Source: Reclinomonas americana ATCC 50394 (Eukaryota). From it: a DNA stretch of 53,612 nt. The position numbers and the translations under genes are program-made. Where the stretch lies: positions 1 through 53,612 of the forward strand of contig PS015120.1 in the NCBI GenBank assembly GCA_048213135.1, written 5' to 3'. This document shows, piece by piece, positions 1-13,000 of the stretch. Position 1 is the first letter of the stretch; each line of letters begins with the position of its first letter. The notes below the pieces were generated by a model. The model had not been told where the DNA came from. It saw only the letters and a list, made by a program, of their open reading frames with translations, and ran no database searches.

Positions 1-3000
1 ACCACCACACAGGGCATGGTGGTGGAGGAAATCGAACTGGTCAATCATGGGAGCGCCTTTATCTCGGTGGACGCGAGTGCAGATCGAACGAGCAAGTGGG
101 ATGTAAGTCGTGTCGCCCTTCTTGCGTTGTGCAGCAGCTGACATGTGTAATGTGTACAGTTGATCTTGCCGGCCAAGCAGATCCGCACGGCGAGGGAGAT
201 TGAGAGCGGACAGAACAAGAGCGACACCAAGGTGTTTGTAAGCAGCGATTTCAAGCGTGCAGCGCAGCAGCCAATGTTGCGTCGTTGTTGTTGTCGTCGC
301 CGTCGTCGGCATCGCTTGCTTACTTTGCCGACTCACGCTTTTTCCGCGCAGTAAGTTTATCCGGTTCACGTGCTCGCAACCATTTCCACCCGAGTCGCCG
401 GTCGGTCTGGCGCGTGTGGTGATTCGCGGGCGTGATCCGTCGGCTCCACCGTCGGCTGCGTCGGCGTCGGGAGCGGCGCGCGATCCGGTCAAGAAACAGT
501 TGCCGCCCAAGCCAACAGTGGACCCGGCTGCTGCACGACCAGCACCACCGCCACCGGCTGCCGCCACGGCTGCGGCGCCACCACCGACCAATGGCGGAGC
601 GAAGAAGCAGCTGACGGTGCCGGATCTGGGTGACGAGGATGAGGATTTGATGAGCGCCGACATCAGCCCAAAGAAACCCGTGGTTGGTGTCGTGTTGTTA
701 CCAGCAACTTGATTGTCGTTGTTCATTCCTTTCTGCGTGCAGAGGTTTGGAACAAAGACAGCTGCGGCCCCAGCACCAGCAGGAGCAGGAGCAGCGAATC
801 CATTCGCGGCCTCCAAGAACACACAGCCGGGTTGCGTGTGCATGTGTGCGCGCGTTCGTGCATATCGCTCTTGCTGTTTGCTCATCCGCTTGCATGTCGG
901 CAGTGTTTGCCTCAGACCCTGCCTCGGCCGCCGCCGCCGCATCTGCGCCTGCATTGTCGTCTGCGACGGCTGCGCCCGCCGCCTCCAAGCCTCCACGCCC
1001 GCCAGCCACCCGCCCCAAGTCACCTTCGCCACCGCCGCCACCACCAGCTGCGGCACCCAAATCCGCTGCCGCTCCGGCCGCTGGCGGAAAGAAAGGAAAG
1101 AGTGGCCCGAAGGCGGCCAAGGAGAAGAAGAAGAAGCAGGGCGATCCGTGGGCCGAGGAGGCAAATGTGGCGTTTGGCCAGCTGATGGTATCGCGTTCTG
1201 TCGCCTTCTTGCTCATGAGAACGAGGCGCCTGATCGCAGGTGTGTGTTGCAGCGCGGCTTCCGCATCGTCATCAGTGGCATTCAGAACCCGGAGCGTGGC
1301 GATCTGCGAACCAAGGCCCTGAAAATGGGTGCCAAGTGCGCTTCTGTTTCTATTGCCCTTCTCTGCCTCGTGTGCTCACGATGCCGCCCATTGCAGGTAC
1401 GATCCCAACTGGTCCAACGGCTCCACTCACCTCATCACACCGTATGCCAACACACCAAAGTACTTTGAGGCGAAGAGTTGCGCTGCATTGAACGAGTCTG
1501 TATTGCTCGCAGAGACTCATGCTCCTCTGTGCGTGCAGGTGATGGCGGCACAATCGTGAAAAAGGTGAGCATCATGCATCCTTTGGTGTAGTCTCTCTCT
1601 CTCTCTCCCACTGACTCACTTGTGAAACAGGAGTGGATCAACGACATGTTCGACGAGAAGAAGCGATTGCCGATTCGTCCATATCTGTGGGATGGTGCGT
1701 CTCCTTGCCAAATTCATGCCATTATCATTTCGTCATCTCATTTCTGCGCATACGGCAGCACCACCGGCGAGTGACGACGATGACGACAGCGACGACGAGG
1801 AGGAGGAGGATGAAGATGAGGAAGACGACCTGGGTGGATTTATTGTAAAGGACGATGAGGTCGACACCCCGGCGCCGCGCAATGCCAAGAAAACCGGGGA
1901 CGTGTGGAACGCCGACGACGAAGACGCGGAGGATATGGATGACGAGGAAGACGAGGACGATGACGATGCGAAGAGCTCCGACACCATCGACATGGGCAAG
2001 GAGGACAAGGAGTACAAGCCGCCCGGTTCGTGCGCATGATTTGTTACAAGCTCGCTCCTTCTTATCGCTCACTTTTCCTACGCACGGCAGCCGACATTGA
2101 TGTGCCGACTGCGCGTTCACGAGATGCGCCGGCGCGGCAGGCGGCCGCCAAGGCGTCGCGAGTGGTGGCCGAAGTGTTGCACGACTGGAGCGAGGGTGAC
2201 GACGACGAACCGGCCAAGAAGAAGCGCAAGACAACGGGTCACAAGGGTGCCGGTTTCGGCAGCCTCGACATGGACGTGGATGAGGCGCCACCAAAGGGCA
2301 AGCGCGCACCCACCCCACCCGTCGCTGCCGCCGCCGCCGCCGCACCACCACCACCACCACCAGCACCCGCGGCAACGAAACGCGCACCAACACCACCGGC
2401 TCCCGTCACAGCTGCCGCACCGGCTGCACGAACGCGATCACTACGCAGTGCGTCGCCGGTGCCGGTTGCCGCCGCCGCTGCCGGCGAAGACGATGGTTGC
2501 GTAGCCTTCTGTGCCTTCCTTTTGACTTTTGTTGGTCTGAACACCCTCTCTCGTGCAGCCTGGATCACGGAAGACATCAACGCTCTGCGCGACGAGTTGC
2601 TGTCGTACACCAAACAACCGCGCCAGTTCTTGCAAAAGGTCTTTGACGACGCTGTGGAGGAGCTTCCGGGCAACAAGCAGGCCGCCACGGGTGCGCGCAT
2701 CTGTGTGTGTCTCGTCCCCACAACATCCATACTGACCTGTCGTTGATCATTCACTTCACCGCCCTACAGCATACCTCAGCAACTGGCCACACCCATGCCG
2801 CGTTCCGCGTGCCATTCGCAAGGCACTCCGTCTGAAGAACATTGGCGAGCAGCTTCGCACGTGGGGGGACAGGTACTTGGCCATCTGGGACCAGACCTCA
2901 GCTCCCGCCGCCACCTTCCTCAACTCGGTTCGCTGCTTCCTCGAGCCGGCGCTGGGCGACGACGAGATCACCGAACTGACCGCCATTGTCGAGGAGTGCG

Positions 3001-3247
3001 GAGGGTACGCACACACCATCCCTCCTTCTCTCACTCACTCTCTAACGCCAGCTAACCACGAGCTGCAATCGGCAGTGCGGTGTGTGGCAAGGTCGACGGC
3101 TCGACCACGCACATTGTGACCGAGGACTACGTGAACCTGCCGAATGCCAAGTGGCAGAACACGATTGTGCAAGTCGAGCCGGCCTGGATCCGCCAGTGCA
3201 AGAAGAAGCAGCGCATGGTCGATGCCGATCCGTTCTTGGTCGACTGA
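1..3247 (+). CDS. XRCC1: XRCC1-like DNA repair scaffold (N-terminal domain + BRCT1 + acidic linker + BRCT2), 5'-partial, multi-exon
   Basis: Spliced translation gives XRCC1-NTD-like EEIELVNHGSAFISV...LILPAKQIRT...KFIRFTCSQPF; BRCT1 RGFRIVISGIQNPERGDLRTKALKMGAKYDPNWSNGSTHLITPYANTPKY...IVKKEWINDMFDEKKRLP; C-terminal BRCT ECGGAVCGKVDGSTTHIVTED...VEPAWIRQCKKKQRMVD; stop TGA 3245-3247. Confidence 0.88.
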
Positions 3248-3290
3248 TAGTAGCGCAGGACAAGTGTTTTGCAAAGTGTGAGAGAGGGCA

Positions 3291-4351
3291 ATGGATGAGG
3301 ACTACGATGATGATGTTCCCGTGTGCTTCTCTGCGCTGTTTGCCGACGCCAGTGTGACGTCACCGTCCATGGCACTGCGCGGGCGTCATGTGTTTGTCGA
3401 CCCCGTCATTCATGTGCGTCTCTCTCTCTCAACAAAGAAAGAAGAGTGACTCTCTGCCTCACTCACACATCCGCATCTGCGCGCAGCACATTATGTGGTG
3501 CAGTGTGCCTGCGCATCGACTGTGGGAGCGCGGTGGCATTCGTCACCTCTCTGTCATCAGTGACGATCTCTCACAAATCACAGACAACCGTCTGTTGCGT
3601 CTCTCTCTCACTCACACACACACACTGTCACTATGTGTGCACACTCACACAGGCGCATCACACAGACTGCGCGACTCGCTTGACCGCTGTGTGCAGTCGG
3701 GTGCGCCTCTGAAAGCCGCCTTTCTTGTCAGTGGTCTCTTGTCGCAGTGGCAGCGTCGTGTGGAGCAGATTGTGGAGGCACTGGAGTTCACTGATGTGGC
3801 AGTGCACACCACCTCTGACACACTGCTGGCCGCACTGGAGCATGAGTGCTCCTCGTATGAGTTGCGCTCCTCCAGGGGAAGGGAGTGTTTGTTGTTCACC
3901 ACACTCACTCTGTGACACACGCAGAGAGTTTGAGGAGGCAGTGACACAGCGCATTCGACGTGCCACAAAGCACAGCAGCATGTTTCGTTTTTTTTTCTGA
4001 CTGGTCGCAGCAGCGCGTCCATGCTTCACTCATGTTGTGGTCGTGTTAGCTCGGTGCGCGTGCACTACCTGCCACTGTTCTCGTTCGAGGTGTTTCCGCA
4101 GCTGCACATCTTCCCGTCGTTCTGCACGGCACGTGATTGGATGAAGCATGGTGGGGCTGTGGCGACTGCGGATCCGTTTTTCATGCTCGAGTCAGAGCTG
4201 GAGGCGCAGCTCGAGGGGCAACGGTGTGTGCGCGCGATGTGGGGAGAGGCGAGGACTGTGCTTGTGTTGGGCACTAACCGCTGCTCCTCTTGTCGGCAGA
4301 CTCTCCGAGGTCGAGGATCTGAACCCGGTCAAGGAGCGCGTCTCTTTACTC

Positions 4352-4393
<42 letters not shown>

Positions 4394-6343
4394 GTGGGGT
4401 GCGTGGGAAGAGAAAGGCTGGTGGCTTACTCCACTCAGCAAATGCACTGGCCACCACCATTGCGTACCAAAACCTGGAGCTGAGTCTGTTTGCGTGCGGT
4501 CCGCTGGCACACCTGGTGGCCGCCCGCACGCAAATGTACTTGTCGCGGACGGAACACAGTCGCGAGGAAAAGGCCGCCGTGGTCATTGTGGATCGAGTTG
4601 CGTGGTGGCGACGGCGAACTGATGATGCACAGGGGTATTTTTCGTACTCACTTGCTTGATGCAGGCACTCGATCTGGCCTCGCCACTGCTGGCGGCCACG
4701 CATCTGGTCGATCGCCTGTTTGAGATGCACGAGCGACAGGCGCAGCGCGCCACCGACATTCTCATTCCTCTGCCGGGTGATGACGTCGATGGAGGTGACC
4801 GCACTCATTCTTTCTCGCTCCTTTCCGACTCCTCCTTCCTCTTGTGCGCTGACATGACATACAGGAGCCCTGCTCACGCACTCACTTGTACAACCGGATC
4901 CGCATCGCTTGCGTGTGATTTGCGACAAGAGCACCGTGTGTTCGAACACAGACGCTGTTGCATCTGCCGGCACCGTATATGCGCGGCTGCGCAATGTGTT
5001 GGACAAGGACCCAGTGTGCCACGACTTTATTCACCACTTGCCTGTTGCGTGCAGTTGAATGATAATTCCTGTCTGTGGAGTGAAACAGTGTGGAATGACG
5101 CATGGGCGTGCAGCAGGTCAAGAGTCCAGTGACACCGGTGGAGTTCCGCCAGTTGCTCCCGTTCCGAGACGATGGCGTGGGTGCGCACTTGGCGCGGCAC
5201 CAACACCTGTTGCCGCTGCATGCGTTGGCGCTGGCCTGTGCCGGCGCTCTCGATGACACGCCCGCCAATCGTCGAGCAGCACCGCTGCGTGAGATGCAGG
5301 AGGTATGACTGGCAAGCATCGTGACGCTGCCCCAGCATCGTGCGTGTGTTCTCACTCCCTTGGCCGTCGGCAGATGCTGATATGGCTCTCCACGCAAGAA
5401 TCACCGGAGGAGACGTGTCTCGCACAGATTGCCGCTCACGTCAAGGCCAACGGTGCGTATTTGTGCGCGCGCGGCGTCACAAACTCACCTTTGCTCACTC
5501 GTGGTATGTGTTGTGCAGCCGACATGGAGTTTGCGGACGCGGTGTCACTTCTCGTGTTTTGCTGTTCTTTGCACGGACCGAACATGGTGCCTGTATTGCA
5601 TGCTGGTGGCGATACGGGCCTGCTGGGCAGCATTCTGCACCACTTCCGCCGCTTGGAGCTGCGCGAGGAGGTGACCGATTTGTTGCACCAGGTGGCGGTG
5701 TCTCGCTCCGAACTCGGCGACGATTAGTTGTGTCTCGATTGGCACGTGCTTTCCTCCAATGCGTTTATTTCTTACAATGCACGCCCGTCCTTGCTGCCAG
5801 CTTTGGCTCGCTGCTCAACCAGGACAGCGAGTCGCTGCAGGGCGTGTGCTCGCGCATCATCTCGGTGTTGGGATCCGTGGACCATCGCAAAGTGCGCGAC
5901 CACGGCATCATGCCGATCGACGACGGCGGCGTATCGTCACTGCTGTCTTCGTCGCTGAGGTGCGGTAGCGCTCATTCGTATTCATATGCATGTCTCACGA
6001 GTCAGCACCACTCATGCGTCGCCGTTCACACGCAGTGCCTTCTTCACCTCGTCGAAAGACACGGTGTGGAGTCGCTCCGACACCATTATCATTTGCGTTC
6101 TCGGCGGCATCACGCTGGCCGAGTATCGCGACATTATGACTGCGGCGAACGCACAGGCACAATCGAAAAATGTTACGCGTGCCCGTCACGCATATCTCTC
6201 TCTCGTGCACGCTCATGATTGACGCATCCACTCGTGTGTGTCATCTGTCGCAGATCATGATATGGTCCACCAGTCTGCTCGACGCCAACTCTCTCGCTCG
6301 ACAACTTGCCACCCGCGTGCCAACCGCATCCTCAAAATTGTAA
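3291..6343 (+). CDS. Sec1/Munc18-family protein, SCFD2/MIP3-like, multi-exon
   Basis: HVFVDP...HIMW...RLWERGGIRHL N-terminus, VRVHYLPLF, KAAVVIVDR|ALDLASPLL..THLVDRLF, and C-terminal TIIICVLGGITLAEYRDI...IMIWSTSLL, typical SM-protein motifs; ATG 3291, TAA 6341-6343. Confidence 0.78.
4353..4391. repeat. (TG)n microsatellite in an intron
   Basis: Perfect run of about 19 GT units. Confidence 0.95.
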
Positions 6344-6376
6344 CCTCTCTCCGTCATTCATTCCCTTCTATACTGC

Positions 6377-9300
6377 CTACTGCGCCAGCCACTTCTCTAT
6401 GCGATCAACCAGTTCCCGTGTGGCCGGCCGTACTCTCCGCGCCTGCTGCTCCTCGTCGGCACCCGCCAGTCGCCACACTCGGCTCCAGCCGTCGTGCAAC
6501 GCCTGCTGCATTGCAGATCGCACGCTTCGCTCACGCAGCGCTGGTGAGCGCGGCACGTCCTCGTCGCTACCATCATCGCCGCCATCGTCACCGCTACCAT
6601 CTCCGCTACCACTACCACTGCCGCTAGCGCCCTCGGCCGCCGCCGTGGAAACCGCCATTTGCGATGCTGATCGCGGCGCCAGGTACCGTCCAAGGAGGCA
6701 CACGTTGCGATGCACGCGCTCCCAGTCACCTGCATTCCTCCACCATCAGCACTGCGACTGTGATTCACAGAACCACACACACAAAAAAAACACACTCACC
6801 GCTATCGGCCGCGCTCACTAGTGACGCCGCCATGGCTTGCGCCCACTGCACCTGGACATCACCGGCCGGCGATCGGCATGCGACCGCCGACAGCAGCGCC
6901 GCTGTCTTCACCAGCAGCACGCTGTCGTCATCGAAAAACATGGGTTGCGCTGCCGTCCGACACAGATGCGTCCACAGTGCCGCGTCCTCCAGCAGCAGAT
7001 GCACCAGCGGAGTCTTGGTGAAGGCAATCAACAGATCCAGCAGCGTGTACCGCACATTGAAGAGTGCATCCTCCAGATCCTCCATGCCAAACTCGTCGTC
7101 CTCGTCGTCGTCGTCACCCTCACCACGATCCTCTCGCGCACCCTCGCGTGCATCTCGTACGCTCAGCCGCTCATCGGTAAGCTCATCCGACACGAATCGA
7201 ACGGCCAGTCGCAGCAGCAGCTCGCACTCGTCGTGCAGTGCGTTGGGTTCCTCCAGCTCGTCGCCGGCACCCAACAGCAGCATCTCCAACGTGTGCAAAC
7301 AGAATGGACCCACAGTGTAAAACTGGCGACTGTGTGTCGCCAGCGAGCCCGCCACGGGCAGGAAGCGCGAGCGCAGCAGGCGGACGGCTCGAAGCCGCGC
7401 ATCGGCGCTAATGGCATCCGGGCACGCAAACGCAATGCGGCCGAGTCCACGCATCACACTCGCGAGTGCGTCAATGTCGTGCAGGTCGGGCTGGAACGAC
7501 TCAATGGTCATCAGCAGCAGCGACACGGTTTCGGTGACCAGGGGCCGGAAGGCGTCGGCTTCGTCGTCGTCCATCAAGCAGAAGGCAACATCTCTGCATT
7601 GTGGAGTGGTTAGCCAGCGAGTATCCCTGCTTCACGCGGGGACGAAGTGTACGCAACGCCAGGATTTCAGGATCGCGCAAACGGAACAAAATGAGATGCT
7701 TCAACTCCTCCAGGTGCGACTTGACGTGATGCTGTGCGGTGTGCAGCAGCGCGATAAGACGACCATGGTACCTTTTCAACTTGTTGGAACGCAGTGCGGC
7801 ACAACGCAACATCGGCCACACGAATCCATGCGCTCAGCGCCTTGATGACACCGACTCGCACCTCGTGTACCTTCTTCTCGCTCCACTCGCGCTCTTCACC
7901 GCCCTGCTGCTGCTGAGATGGCACAGGACGCTCATTTTCACGGGCTAACCGCATTGGCCTGGCATCGTCATCGTAATCATCATCGTCGTCATCGTCGTCA
8001 TCCTCCTCGCCCTCTCCGTCATCGTCTTCCTCTTCGTCATCGACGTGACCACCGCGGCTAATGAACCCCGGACTCGCATCCGCTTCCTGCTCTCACGTCA
8101 GTCAATTTCACACGCTTCTTGCGCAGCGCACAGTTGACACTCACCAAGAACCGCTCCGCGCACGTCTTGAGCGTGCCAAAAAGCGAGTCAAGCGGTGCCG
8201 AGCTCTCGTCGGACGATGAGGCCACACGCGCGAGGAACTCTGCGCGCCCGCACATGCCATCACTTCCATGCACGACAAGGGTGGAGAACACACGCGCAGA
8301 ACTTACCATTGCCACCTGCAACGGCTGACATGGCGGCACAAAACTTGCGCAGTGCCTTCAGCGTCGGCAGCAGCACCAGCTCAGGATCCGGTTTGGGGCC
8401 AGCGCGGTCGCCGCGGAGAGTCCGCGAACAAAACTCCAACAGTGACTCGGCAAACATGGCGAACAGCGGATGTGCCGGCGACATGGCCGATGTCACAAAA
8501 CTCAGCACCAGTGGCACGACATCAGGACACTCGGCTGCATACACAGCAACAGCATAGACAGAAGCGTGAGATCGCAGCGGCCACAACGTTGGGGGTGTGA
8601 TACCAACCTTGCACTTGCTCGTTGCACAGGGCGCTGTGCAGCGTCTCCAGCAGCACTCGGGAAAAGGGAAAGTCTGTGTGTGCGAGTGAGGACGGAGAGA
8701 AAGAGAAAAGGGAGGGTGGATGATAGAGGTCATAACTCTGCTCATCCAGCAGCACGGCGACACGCTCCTCCTGCTCTTTGCTGGTCAGCACAGGTGGGTG
8801 ATCCGTCTCCCCAGCATCCGCGTCTTGCACAGCCTCAATGAGCTCCGTCACCACAGACGACTTGGGCAGTCGGTGCTCGTCGCAGCGCAGATTGCACGCA
8901 TTCTCCGCCACACGTCCGGTCAACTCCAGCGCCGCCGACAGCGACAGCCGCACACCGTCACCGACACCAAGACTGGCCACATGCATCGTGAGGGAAATGA
9001 TACGCACGCTCACGCACACGCACAAATGGGAGCGACTGTTTCATGACGCACCTCACAATCGGCACCGACACCTCCAGAATCTCGCGCGACATCTCCAACA
9101 ACGACAGCGGCGACAGCATGCCAACCACTGTGCGCATGTACTTGATGCCGGTGACAAAGAGCATATGTGCGTGCTGCTGCCGCGCGTCTTCTCCTCCGTC
9201 GGCAGCCACCACCAGCGCCAGCGCACTCTGCGACAAGCGCGACAGGCACACCAACACTGCACGGGTGGCCGTCTCGCCGCCAATGCCGGCACTGTACTCC

Positions 9301-9905
9301 TTGGTGTGATGGCCGATGAGCCGGAGGAGGATCTTGAGGGCCTCCAGCTGCACGCGCACAATGGCATCGTGCTCCACACTCGCGTGCCGCATGTACGTGC
9401 CGAGTGCGTCGGCCAGCGGACCCACGACGGTCGCCGGAACACTGCTCCGGTACGGATTCTTGTCAATCAGCTGCATGGAGACGCACACGAAAGTGAGTGT
9501 GGAGAGCTGAGCATGGGACCTCCTCGCGCACGCTCTACTTCACCGTGTCAATCACCGGTAGCAAGCGACGATGCACGGCGACGTGTCGACCAGCAGAGTC
9601 TGTGTGCACATGAGCACACGAGCACAGTGAGCGAGAGAAGAGGAAGTCTCTGCGCGCACCTGCGATAAACCGCTGCGATGCCTCTCTCACGGCCACCACA
9701 TGCGCCTCGAGCACTGTGCGACACGCACGCGAGGATTCACGCATTGCTCCGAGTGCATTTCGTACATAGTCTGTGTGCACACACAGTGAGCAAGTGCGTG
9801 CATTGTGTGCGCGCAAGAGTGTGCGCATGTGTCACCTTGCAAGGCTTGAGGCGATGTGCATGCTACAATCTGACGCAAAACTTGCGACTCGACGATGTCG
9901 TCCAT
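6377..9905 (-). CDS. HEAT/ARM-repeat protein, importin-beta (karyopherin)-like, multi-exon
   Basis: Long run of amphipathic Leu/Ala-rich helices with acidic D/E loops (about 7970-8045 and 7090-7120), the first followed by ...HEVRVGVIKALSAW; ATG 9905 (MDDIVESQVLRQIV), stop 6377-6379. Subfamily not determinable by eye. Confidence 0.6.
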
Positions 9906-10096
9906 TCGTTTTTTCAATGCAAATGGACAGATTGGTACACGCGAGCAATGGCCATCACACCGTTACAGCAAGATTTTTCATCGCGCGCCAAATCGTCTTC
10001 GAGAGAGTGTGTTCGTTGAGGGCGTGTGCGTGAGTGTCGCACTGTTGGAGTGAGACAAGGAGAGAAGACAGAAAGAAAAGAGAGAGAGTGAGAGAT
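9906..10096. promoter_or_regulatory. Putative bidirectional promoter between the divergent HEAT and CAP-EGF genes
   Basis: Positional inference only: about 190 nt between divergent ATGs. A similar gap of about 97 nt lies at 26067-26163. Confidence 0.4.
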
Positions 10097-13000
10097 ATGC
10101 GACACGTGAGCGCGTTGTCGCTGGCGGTGGCAGCAGTGCTGCTGCTGCTGTTGGTGGTGACTGTGAGTGCAGCAGCACCCAACTTGCTGGTGAACCCGCC
10201 AGCGGGTACGCCACCGGCCGTCGGCAGTGTGGTCGACTATGAGCAGAAGCGCGGCAACGGCTTGTCGGTGAAGAGCAACTCGTTGGTGAATCTGACGCAG
10301 TCGCAAAAGGATGCGCTCATTGCGCAGCACAACACGGAGCGTGCGGCTGTCACCGGCGCCAACATGCTGGCTGCCGTGTGGGACTCGGGTGCGTTGTTTC
10401 CCATGCTACTCTTGTAAGTCGCAGTTTCGCTCATCGTGGTTTTTCTTTCGTGTAGCACTCGAGGCCGATGCTGCGGCGTGGGCTCTGTTGTGCGTCTTCC
10501 AGCACGACTTGAGTGGCACGGGAGAGGGCGAGAACTTGGCTGCGCAGTGGCCGTTCAGCTCCATCACTGCCCCCACGCAGCTGGGACAGGGTTGGGTCGA
10601 CGAGAAGCAGTGTTGAGTTGTTGTTGTTGGTGTTGTTGTTGTCTATTTCTCGCAACTCGGCACTCATGCGTCCCACAGGGTACACGTTCCCCAGCACGTG
10701 CACAGCACCAGCGAGCGACACCTGCTACCATTACACGCAGGTTTGATGCGAGCGAGACTGTGGGTTTGTCGCGCGCGTTCTTCTAAGATTTAAGCGCATA
10801 TATCCTTGTTGTCGATAGATGATCTGGGCGTCGAGCTACCGCGTCGGGTACGTACAACTCTCTTCCCCCAGCAAGGGTTGACCCCGTGGCTGACATTTGT
10901 TTTGCGTCTGCAGCTGCGCGTTGGCCAACTGCATGGACACGGCGAATGACAATATTCCCGCTGGCGGTAGCAACTGGGGCTTCCTGGTGTGCTTTATCTT
11001 TATTTTGCTCTTCCCTCTTTCATCTCGCGCAGTTGCTCACTCGTGCTGGTGTTCGTTTCAGGTGTGCCGCTACTCGCCGCAGGGCAACTTTGTCGACGGC
11101 ACCGGCACTCTGCTGCCGCCGTACACTCCGGGTCAGTGCACCAACTACAACAGCGGCTCTGGCACATGCCCGAGCACGCAGCCCGTGTGCACTGGCAAGC
11201 TGTGCTACGCCTCGACGAGTTGCGGAGAGGACTCGCCATTGGTGTCGCTAGTTTCTGCACTCATACACGCACGCACATTCGCTGCAGGCTTCAACTGCTC
11301 GTCGCTGAACAACTGCAATGGTGCCGCTGGTACCTGCACGGCAAACAATGTCTGGTGTGTTTATTTGACTTTGCATAATCTCCTTCGCCTCGTATTTCAG
11401 CATCTCACTTTCGTCGCCACAGCACGTGCAACGCTGGTTTCACTGGCGCCGACTGCGGTTGCAACACGTCGAGCTCATGCACTGGTGCCAACCAGACATG
11501 CAACACTGCCGGCGTCAACGGTGCTTGCTCATGCATTGGCAACTACGCCACACCTTCTTGCACTCAGTGCCTCAACGGATTCTACGGCACGACCTGCACC
11601 GGCACCTGCTCCACCTGGTCAGTACACGTCTCCACTGTAGTCATCAACGTGCCGTCGCTGACATGACTAACCATCCCCTCGTTCTCAGCGTGGCGGCCAA
11701 CACTCAGTCGTGCACCAGCACCACGTCGGGTGGCTGCAACTGCAAGGCGGGTGCTGCCGGTCCCAACTGCCAGTACACCAACAGCGGCACTTGCAGCGGC
11801 CACGGCACTGCGCAGGCCAATGGCTCGTGCGTGTGCAATGCAGGCTACAGCGGCGCCGACTGCTCGTCTTGCGCCGCCGGTTTCTACGGCCCCACGTGCG
11901 CCGGCAGCTGCTCGGCTTGCAGCGCTGCTGGCACGCAGTCGTGCAGCTCGGGTATCAATGGTACTGGCTGCGTCTGCAACACTGGCTTCACTGGCACCAA
12001 CTGGTCTGTGCACTCGCCGTTCCCTCACATTTGGCGTGCGTCGGCGGTGGCTCACAAGCTGTGCGCTTTTGTTTTTCCTCACGCAGCGACCAATGCTTGC
12101 CCGGCAAGTTTGGTCCGACTTGCAGCGGCACGTGTCCGACGTGCCAGAACGGTGGCACGTGCAACTCGGTGGGTCGACAGCAGTGCTGCTGACGATATAT
12201 TGTCACTGGGCAACTCATGTGTTGCGCTCCGTAGGGTGTGTCGGGCAATGGAACGTGCCAGTGCCAGGCTGGCTCGAGTGGCCCGCTCTGCCAGTGCATC
12301 AACGCCACCACCTGCAGTGGAAACGGCTCGTGCGACAGCAGCGGCTCCTGCGTGTGCCAGTCTGGATTTGTGGGCCCCGCCTGCCAGTGCCAGAATGGAA
12401 CCACTTGGTGCGTTGTGTTTGTGTGTGCATGTTTGGCATGGCTGGCTTGTCGCTCACACAACCCCACCAATACTGCAGCAAGAACGGTGGAACATGCCAA
12501 GCCAACGGCTCGTGCTCGTGCACTGGCAACTTTGGCGGCTCCACTTGCAACACTTGCCAGCCGAACTTCTTCGGTGCCACCTGCTCCGGCGTGTGCCCGA
12601 CTTGCCTGAACGGCGGCACGTTGCGTGGAAATTGGCCATTGATAAATGGTGTGCAGTGCCTTGTGACTCATCGCCTCTCCCGTCATCAGTTGCAACCAGG
12701 GCATCTCTGGCAACGGTCTGTGCCAATGCCCTGCAGGCACTGCTGGCGCCACTTGCCAGTGCTCCAACGCCACCACCTGCAACGGAAATGGCACGTGCAA
12801 TGCCTCCGGCACTTGCGTGTGCAGCTCCAGCTTTAGCGGGTCAGATTGCTCGCAGTGCGCCACTGGCCGCTTCGGCAGCGCTTGCGACGGTGACTGCAAC
12901 CAATGTGATGCTATTGGCTCGTCTGGCTGCTCGCAGGGCGTTGCCGGCACCGGCTGCCAGTGCAAGCCAGGTTTCACTGGCAAGTTCTGCGACCAGTGCC

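Noticed and set aside
8058-8143. Apparent in-frame stop in the HEAT gene, suggesting a variant genetic code
   Set aside because: Resolved by a GTGAGT...GAGCAG intron that changes frame; the standard code fits all rebuilt genes.
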